The translations under genes and the position numbers were made by a program. Positions 57,659 through 64,000 of a stretch of DNA of 64,000 nt are shown piece by piece (the stretch's first letter is position 1; each line of letters begins with the position of its first letter). Under the pieces are notes generated by a model. That model worked only from the letters and a program-made list of their open reading frames with translations, was not told the origin of the DNA and did no database searches. The DNA comes from an uncultured bacterium (GTDB lineage: Bacteria; Bacteroidota; Bacteroidia; Chitinophagales; Chitinophagaceae), in NCBI GenBank assembly GCA_965650105.1, contig CBFGNI010000001.1:730-64729 (forward strand), written 5' to 3'.

Positions 57659-58597
57659 CTAAATATGTTGTTTGAAATATTCAAGCGTCAATTTTAAGCC
57701 TTCATGCCTGTCAACTTTAGGTAACCAGCCAAGTATTTCTTTGGCCTTAGTAATATCTGGTTGACGTTGTTTGGGGTCGTCTTGTGGCAAAGGCTCATAA
57801 ACAATCTTCGATTTGGAGCCAGTAAGTTTAATTACTTCTTCTGCAAATTGCAGAAGCGTAATTTCGGATGGATTGCCAATGTTTACAGGGTTGCTGTAAT
57901 CGCTCAATAGCAGGCGGTATATTCCATCAACAAGATCGGACACATAGCAGAATGAACGTGTTTGTGAGCCATCGCCATACACTGTTACGTCTTCACCACG
58001 TAGTGCCTGGCTCATGAAGGTTGGCAATGCACGGCCATCGTCGAGACGCATACGCGGACCGTAGGTATTGAATATACGGATGATCCTGGTTTCCAGCTTG
58101 TGATAAGTATGGTAAGCCATGGTTATACTTTCCATAAAGCGCTTAGCTTCATCATAAACGCCACGGGGGCCTATCGGGTTCACGTTACCCCAATATTCTT
58201 CCTGTTGCGGGTGTACCAGCGGGTCGCCATATACTTCAGAAGTAGAGGCTACCAATATGCGTGCACCTTTCGATTTTGCCAGGCCAAGCAGGTTGTGAGT
58301 GCCCAAAGAACTAACCTTCAATGTCTGGATAGGCATTTTCAAATAGTCGATAGGACTAGCCGGAGATGCAAAATGCAGTATATAATCGATATGGCCCGGT
58401 ACGTGTACGAATTTAGATACATCGTGATGATAGAACTGAAACTCTTTTAAAGGGAAGAGATGCTCTATGTTCTTTATATTACCTGTCAACAGGTTGTCCA
58501 TACCTATCACTTCGTAGCCTTCTTTCAAAAAGCGGTCGCAAAGATGAGAGCCCAGAAAACCGGCAGCACCTGTAATAAGAATACGTTTGTTACTCAT
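57659..58597 (-). CDS. UDP-glucuronate decarboxylase (UDP-xylose synthase)-like SDR
   Basis: It has [13 protein letters not shown] (Rossmann fold) and YDEAKR (YxxxK). Its length and the pattern [13 protein letters not shown]...FQFYHHDV resemble UXS enzymes. A ugd gene is adjacent. Confidence 0.8.
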   Translation of the reverse strand: MSNKRILITGAAGFLGSHLCDRFLKEGYEVIGMDNLLTGNIKNIEHLFPLKEFQFYHHDVSKFVHVPGHIDYILHFASPASPIDYLKMPIQTLKVSSLGTHNLLGLAKSKGARILVASTSEVYGDPLVHPQQEEYWGNVNPIGPRGVYDEAKRFMESITMAYHTYHKLETRIIRIFNTYGPRMRLDDGRALPTFMSQALRGEDVTVYGDGSQTRSFCYVSDLVDGIYRLLLSDYSNPVNIGNPSEITLLQFAEEVIKLTGSKSKIVYEPLPQDDPKQRQPDITKAKEILGWLPKVDRHEGLKLTLEYFKQHI

Positions 58598-58632
58598 GAA
58601 TCTATTTTAACTGTAGTATTGGAAATGATTGC

Positions 58633-60009
58633 TTAGTCGATATTGCCACGCTCCCTTACCGGAGCAGCAGGTACTTTTATAGTATTGCGCAACTGTTCGT
58701 GTACTGTTTTACGGCCAATGCTTTCGTAATAGTAGCCTAATTCCTGCATTTTTTCCAAAGTATATACATTGCGCCCGTCAAATATCATTGGATTTTTCAG
58801 CATGCCATTCATCTTATCGAAATCAGGATTGCGGAAGGCGCTCCATTCGGTTACTATTACCAGGGCATCAGCATCTTGCAGTGCGTCGTACTGATTGTCG
58901 GCAAAAGCTATCTTATCTTCAAATAGTCTTTTTACATTGGGCATAGCTTCAGGATCGTAGGCGGTAATTTCAGCACCTGCCGCCAGCAGTTCATCTATCA
59001 ATTCCAAAGCAGGGGCTTCGCGTATATCGTCGGTTTCAGGTTTAAAAGCCAAACCCCATACGGCAAATTTGCGCCCGCTAAGGTCGTTGCCAAAGGATTC
59101 TTTTACTTTTTTACCCAAACGTGTTTTCTGGCGTTCGTTTACCTTCATTACCGTGTTCACAATCTGGAAATCATAATCCATTTCGCGTGCGGTTTGTGCC
59201 AATGCCTGTACATCTTTAGGGAAACAACTGCCGCCATAACCTACGCCGGGGAAAAGGAAGCGTTTGCCTATGCGGCTATCGCTGCCAATGCCTGCCCGTA
59301 CCATATCAACATTCGCCCCTGCCTTCTCGCATAAATTGGCCATCTCGTTCATAAAAGATATACGCATAGCCAAATATGAGTTGGCTGCATATTTTGTCAT
59401 TTCAGATGAACGCTCATCCATGAAATAAATAGGGTTACCCTGGCGAACGAATGGCTGGTACAGCTCATCCATAATTTTACGGGCCCTTTCAGATGACGTT
59501 CCTATTACCACACGGTCGGGTTTTAAGAAATCTTCTACAGCAACACCTTCGCGCAAAAATTCAGGGTTCGATACTACATCGTACAGGTTACGATCCAGTT
59601 TTTGCTCCAGTACGGCACTTACTTTTTCAGCTGTGCCAACGGGTACTGTGCTTTTATTTACTATTACCTTATATTCTGTAATGATAGTACTCAGGTCGGC
59701 AGCAACATTCAATACAAATTGCAGGTCGGCAGCGCCATCTTTGCCCGGAGGAGTGGGTAAGGCGAGGAATATTACTTTTGCATCTTTGATACCGGCTTTT
59801 AAGTCGGTTGTAAATTCAATGCGTTTTTGCCTGATATTTCTTTCCAGTAATACATCAAGGCCCGGTTCGTAAATTGGTGATTTACCTGCTTTTAACTGTT
59901 TTATCTTTTCTTCATTAATATCGATACATACTACGTTATTACCTGTTTCAGCAAAGCAAGTACCTGTTACCAATCCTACGTAACCAGTTCCGATGATGGC
60001 TATTTGCAT
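58633..60009 (-). CDS. ugd: UDP-glucose 6-dehydrogenase
   Basis: It has MQIAIIGTGYVGLVTG and the catalytic GGSCFPKD motif. Confidence 0.94.
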   Translation of the reverse strand: MQIAIIGTGYVGLVTGTCFAETGNNVVCIDINEEKIKQLKAGKSPIYEPGLDVLLERNIRQKRIEFTTDLKAGIKDAKVIFLALPTPPGKDGAADLQFVLNVAADLSTIITEYKVIVNKSTVPVGTAEKVSAVLEQKLDRNLYDVVSNPEFLREGVAVEDFLKPDRVVIGTSSERARKIMDELYQPFVRQGNPIYFMDERSSEMTKYAANSYLAMRISFMNEMANLCEKAGANVDMVRAGIGSDSRIGKRFLFPGVGYGGSCFPKDVQALAQTAREMDYDFQIVNTVMKVNERQKTRLGKKVKESFGNDLSGRKFAVWGLAFKPETDDIREAPALELIDELLAAGAEITAYDPEAMPNVKRLFEDKIAFADNQYDALQDADALVIVTEWSAFRNPDFDKMNGMLKNPMIFDGRNVYTLEKMQELGYYYESIGRKTVHEQLRNTIKVPAAPVRERGNID

Positions 60010-60097
60010 ATTAGATTTATATGTTAAGGCAACAAATGTAAATATATATTTCGAACGAAAAAGGCTAATAAGAATCAGTTAACAAGCTGGTTGGCAG

Positions 60098-61273
60098 CTA
60101 TTGCAAGCAACTCAACAGCAGATGGCAGGCATATTTTATTTCATCGTTACTGATAGTGAGTGGTGGTGCGATGCGAATGCAGTTTGGTGCAAAAAGAAAC
60201 CAGTCGGAGAATAACCCATTTGAAATGCATTTTTGCAGGCAAGCCATTACATCATCTGCATTTTCCAGTTCTATTGCCATTAACAGTCCTTTACTACGTA
60301 CTGCCTTTATTTTAGGGTGTATTAATAAAGAATGGAATATTGCTTCTTTTTCAGCAACTGTATCAATCATATTTTCAGAGAGCAATGCGTTCATCGCCGC
60401 CAGGCCGGCGGCACAACATACAGGATGCCCTCCAAAAGTGGTAATATGCCCCAATACAGGGTTTTTGGTAAAGGTTTGCATATTATTATAAGACGATACA
60501 AATGCTCCAAGCGGCATACCACCACCCAATGCTTTGCCTAATAATATTATGTCGGGTATTATATTATAGTTTTCAAAGCCCCAAAGCTTGCCCGTACGGC
60601 CAAAGCCTGTTTGTATCTCGTCCATTACCAGTAGGGTGCCGGTGCCCGTACATTTTGCTCTCAGCTTAGCCAGCCATTCTTTCTTAGGTTGTATTACTCC
60701 CGCTTCGCCTTGTACACTTTCTATAATAACACAGGAAGTATTTTCATTAATAGCATCTATCAATTCCTGTGAATTGTAATCATAATGCCAGACGCCCGGC
60801 ATCAGGGGGCGGAAAGCATTACGCCAATATTCATCGCCCATTACACTAAGCGCACCCAGTGTGTTGCCATGATAGCTGTTATTGCAGGCTATAATATCGG
60901 TACGGCCGGTGACCCGCCGTGCCAGTTTTATGGCGCCTTCGGTAGCTTCTGCGCCTGAGTTGGTAAAATAAACACAGTTAAGCTGCCCCGGAAGGTGACT
61001 TGCCAGCAGTTGGGCGTACTCTGCCTGCGGGCTTTGCACCAGTTCACCATATACCATTATGTGCAGGTACTCATCGGCCTGCTTCTTTATGGCTTCAACA
61101 ACTTTAGGATGCCTGTGCCCAATATTGCATACGCTAATACCGCCAATGAGGTCGAGATATTTGTTACCACCTATGTCATATAGATAATTTCCTGATGCTG
61201 AAACGATGTGCAGGCCTACCGGTGCAGGGGAGGTTTGTGCGATATGCTGTTGGAATAATTGACGGGTATTCAT
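60098..61273 (-). CDS. Class III PLP aminotransferase (acetylornithine/ornithine aminotransferase family)
   Basis: It has NSGAEATEGAIKLAR, DEIQTGFGRTGK and LLGKALGGG (PLP Lys). Confidence 0.88.
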   Translation of the reverse strand: MNTRQLFQQHIAQTSPAPVGLHIVSASGNYLYDIGGNKYLDLIGGISVCNIGHRHPKVVEAIKKQADEYLHIMVYGELVQSPQAEYAQLLASHLPGQLNCVYFTNSGAEATEGAIKLARRVTGRTDIIACNNSYHGNTLGALSVMGDEYWRNAFRPLMPGVWHYDYNSQELIDAINENTSCVIIESVQGEAGVIQPKKEWLAKLRAKCTGTGTLLVMDEIQTGFGRTGKLWGFENYNIIPDIILLGKALGGGMPLGAFVSSYNNMQTFTKNPVLGHITTFGGHPVCCAAGLAAMNALLSENMIDTVAEKEAIFHSLLIHPKIKAVRSKGLLMAIELENADDVMACLQKCISNGLFSDWFLFAPNCIRIAPPLTISNDEIKYACHLLLSCLQ

Positions 61274-61374
61274 TGAACTAGCAAATTTATAGCGATTTAC
61301 CGGGCGACCGTGATAATAATTTAATAATAAAAAAACAACATGATTTTGTGCAATTATCCGGAATTAATATTGGC

Positions 61375-61426
61375 TTAACATTCTGTTGATATACGCGTAA
61401 CATTCCGGTAAACTGTTGGTAACATA
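61375..61426 (+). promoter_or_regulatory. Phased hexamer array (TTAACA / GTAACA / GTAAAC / GTAACA) upstream of the receptor gene
   Basis: TAACAT occurs at 61376, 61398 and 61420, which is exact 22-bp spacing. GTAAAC at 61408 fills the 11-bp phase. The array lies 36-87 bp upstream of ATG 61462. Confidence 0.4.
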
Positions 61427-61461
61427 CGCAAGCGACTTTTGCATGCAAATTCTAAGCATAT

Positions 61462-64000
61462 ATGCGTATTCTTACAATGTCCTTCTTATTGTTATTGATT
61501 TCTTTGAAGGCATTTTCAATTGGGACGATTGCAGGTAAAATTACTGATGAGAAAACAGGAGACCCTGTAATAGGGGCAACAATTGTTGTGAAGGGAACAC
61601 CTAAAGGTGCTGCAACTGATGTGGATGGTAATTTCCAGATACAAGTAGATGCAGGTACCTACACTATACAGGTAAACTACATAGGCTACCAAACTAAAGA
61701 GATAGAAGAGGTGAAAGTGGCTAATAATGCTACCGCATCTATTAATGTAGCTATTACCGAATCAAAATCAACACAGCTGAGCGAGGTAGTGGTGAGAACC
61801 ACTATGAAAAAGGAGAATATCAATTCGCTGTACACAATGCAGAAAAATAATGCATCAATTTCTGATGGTATATCTGCAGATGTAATACGTAAATCGCCCG
61901 ACCGCAGTACAGGTGAGGTACTGAAACGTGTAAGCGGTACTACTATACAAGACAATAAATTTGTTATTGTACGTGGTTTGAGCGACCGCTACAATGTAGG
62001 TATGGTTGATAACGCCGTATTGCCAAGTACTGAACCTAATCGTAAAGCATTCTCATTCGATATTATTCCTGCTAACCTGATAGATAATATCATTATCACT
62101 AAAACTGCAACTCCTGATTTACCGGGCGATTTTGCAGGTGGTGTTATTAATATTCTTACTAAAGAAATTCCGCAGGAAAACTTTAATACAATTTCTATAG
62201 GCGGTAGTTATAATACTGCTTCTACTTTTAAAACCTTTAAATCAGGCTACCGCAGCAGTACGGACTTTTTAGGCTTTGATGACGGTTCACGTAAGTTGCC
62301 ATCGGATATGCCTTCAACAAAATCTGTTGTTACTAATACAGATGAAGCAACTAGTATTGCGTCTATTAATAAGCTAAATAACAATTTTACTGTTAAGGAA
62401 AGAAAAGCACTGCCAGGCATGAACCTGCAAGCCTCTTTAGGCCGTAGCTATTTAACCAAGAAAAACAATCGTTTTGGTGTGGTTGCCGCCATTAATTATA
62501 CGCATAATGAAACAAGGGAGCCTAACCTGGAGCGTATATATGACAGCTATGATTATACTGATAATGGCTATAAATATTCTACAAACCTGGGTGCTATGTT
62601 AAATCTGGGTTATTCAGCAGGAAATTCTAAAATAGTACTGAAAACTCTATATAACCAAATATTTGATGATTACTTTTTAGAACGTACAGGTAATAATAGC
62701 TCAATAAATAAGGCTATTGAATACTATGCTTATGATCTGTTTCAGAAATCATTATTTAAAACATCGCTGGAAGGCGATCATAAGTTAGGCAAAAAGCAAA
62801 GCAAGATAAACTGGCTTGTTGCATATAACAGAGTGAACAATGACCAACCGGATCAACGTAAGGTACAATATGGTAAACTGCTAAGTGATCAAAACGACCC
62901 AAGTGTGCCATTTGCTGCAGAAGTAGGTACAAGTGGTAAGGCTAACAACCGTTTGTTTTCAAAGCTTGGTGAAAATATTTATTCAGCAAACGTAAATTAT
63001 ACATTACCTCTTGAATTGCTGAACAAAACAACTTTAAAGCTAGGACTTGCTACGCAATACCGTGAACGTACTTTTGATGCACGCTTTCTTGGTTTGACTC
63101 TTAATGAAAATTTTGGAAGAACGCCGAGCGATGAGGCTACTATTATTAAACAACAACCTGTTGGAAATCTATTTAGCCAAACAGCTATTGATAAAGGTTA
63201 TTTTGATCTGGTTGAAACAACACTTCCGTCTGACGCTTATACAGCTAATTCAAATACAAATGCAGGCTATGTAATGCTTGATAATAAATTCAATGATAAA
63301 TTCCGTCTGGTATGGGGTGTGAGAGTAGAATCTTTTAACATACAGTTAGATTCTAAAAACAATGGTGGTGCACCCGTAGCTGTTGATAAAACATGGGTAG
63401 ATGTATTGCCATCAGCAAACTTTACTTATTCGCTAAATGAAAAAATCAATCTGCGCGCATCATATTATAAAACTGTAGCACGTCCCGAGTTTAGGGAAAT
63501 GGCGCCATTTGCATATTATGATTATGAGTTATCGGCACTATCTTATGGTAATCAATCTTTGGAACGAAGCCAGATCCATAATGCTGATCTACGCTTCGAA
63601 TTATATCCTAATGCAGGTGAAATATTTTCAGCTTCTGTTTTCTATAAGCATTTTGATAATACCCTTGAGCAGAGTGTATATGCAACTACAAGTCAGTTAG
63701 AAATCTCTGCCCGTAACTATCCCAGTGCGCAGAATGTTGGTGCCGAGGTTGAGATCAGGAAGAGTCTAAGTTTTATTGCTCCTTCAAGCAGATTAGCTAA
63801 GAACCTTAGCTTCTACGCTAATCTGGCATACGTTAAATCTCAAGTAATTGGTAACGATACAAGTGCTGCCACTGGAGCTGTGACAAAAATAGATCGTCCG
63901 CTTACAGGTCAGTCTAACTATGTAGTTAATACCAGCCTGACATATACTGCCATGGAAGGTAAACTGAATTTCAACATATTATATAACAGGATTGGGCCTC
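61462..64000 (+). CDS. TonB-dependent receptor with CarboxypepD_reg N-domain; 3' end outside the window
   Basis: This ORF is not in the track because it runs off the window. ATG 61462 gives MRILTMSFLLLLISLKAFS, then IAGKITDEKTGDPVIGATIVVKGT (CarboxypepD_reg) and the plug motifs VLKRVSGTTI and FVIVRGLSDRYN. The frame is still open at 63999. Confidence 0.88.
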   Translation, partial: MRILTMSFLLLLISLKAFSIGTIAGKITDEKTGDPVIGATIVVKGTPKGAATDVDGNFQIQVDAGTYTIQVNYIGYQTKEIEEVKVANNATASINVAITESKSTQLSEVVVRTTMKKENINSLYTMQKNNASISDGISADVIRKSPDRSTGEVLKRVSGTTIQDNKFVIVRGLSDRYNVGMVDNAVLPSTEPNRKAFSFDIIPANLIDNIIITKTATPDLPGDFAGGVINILTKEIPQENFNTISIGGSYNTASTFKTFKSGYRSSTDFLGFDDGSRKLPSDMPSTKSVVTNTDEATSIASINKLNNNFTVKERKALPGMNLQASLGRSYLTKKNNRFGVVAAINYTHNETREPNLERIYDSYDYTDNGYKYSTNLGAMLNLGYSAGNSKIVLKTLYNQIFDDYFLERTGNNSSINKAIEYYAYDLFQKSLFKTSLEGDHKLGKKQSKINWLVAYNRVNNDQPDQRKVQYGKLLSDQNDPSVPFAAEVGTSGKANNRLFSKLGENIYSANVNYTLPLELLNKTTLKLGLATQYRERTFDARFLGLTLNENFGRTPSDEATIIKQQPVGNLFSQTAIDKGYFDLVETTLPSDAYTANSNTNAGYVMLDNKFNDKFRLVWGVRVESFNIQLDSKNNGGAPVAVDKTWVDVLPSANFTYSLNEKINLRASYYKTVARPEFREMAPFAYYDYELSALSYGNQSLERSQIHNADLRFELYPNAGEIFSASVFYKHFDNTLEQSVYATTSQLEISARNYPSAQNVGAEVEIRKSLSFIAPSSRLAKNLSFYANLAYVKSQVIGNDTSAATGAVTKIDRPLTGQSNYVVNTSLTYTAMEGKLNFNILYNRIGP

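Noticed and set aside
1-64000. Looked for CRISPR arrays, rRNA or tRNA genes, IS elements or transposases, integrases, and recognisable defence or toxin-antitoxin gene pairs
   Set aside because: I found no regularly spaced direct repeats, no transposase or integrase-like ORFs, and no such gene pairs by eye. A computational repeat scan would be needed to exclude short or degenerate elements.

Overview
This window is a chromosomal, mostly housekeeping segment of a Bacteroidota genome, probably Chitinophagaceae- or Sphingobacteriia-like. The supporting gene content is a T9SS C-terminal sorting domain, CarboxypepD_reg-type outer-membrane receptors, TAnnTTTG promoter boxes, and a dcw cluster without murF or ddl. 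I support about 50 protein genes and found no rRNA, tRNA, CRISPR array, transposase or integrase.

Gene layout, in order:
- 1-9.7 kb: two paralogous receptor-like outer-membrane barrels, an APC permease, a secreted hydrolase and a propeller/Y_Y_Y histidine kinase with a LuxR-type regulator.
- 9.8-20.6 kb, mostly minus strand: an ACMSD-like decarboxylase, thiolase, a four-helix-bundle ORF, a Cys/Met PLP enzyme, DinB, dnaK, lipoproteins, a HAD nucleotidase, rpoZ and bamD.
- 20.9-36.8 kb, plus strand: a complete, tightly coupled dcw cluster (mraZ-rsmH-ftsL-ftsI-murE-mraY-murD-ftsW-murG-murC-ftsQ-ftsA-ftsZ).
- 36.9-64 kb: a T9SS-secreted choice-of-anchor-I-like protein, an ECF sigma factor, rsmE, a DUF4159-like protein, a glycosyltransferase, a terminase-small-subunit-like domain fused to an LMW phosphotyrosine phosphatase, hisS, tyrS, a 7-heme cytochrome/TPR protein, SOD, an RND pump with a TolC-like protein, UDP-xylose synthesis genes, an aminotransferase and a truncated TonB-dependent receptor.

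I do not see a clear new multi-gene system such as a defence island. The observations most worth a second look are:
- Three perfect DnaA-box 9-mers (two inside a perfect 10-bp tandem duplication), located exactly at the minus-to-plus gene-orientation switch upstream of mraZ. This could be oriC, a MraZ operator or DnaA control.
- A 428-bp cassette in which an Avd/23S-IVS-type four-helix-bundle ORF is bracketed by 26-bp inverted repeats.
- A 293-aa terminase-small-subunit-like extension fused in frame to the phosphatase.
- An in-frame TAA that separates the signal peptide from the multiheme cytochrome.
- 11/22-bp phased GTAACA hexamers upstream of the last receptor gene.

All family assignments come from reading motifs by eye. 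No database search was run.
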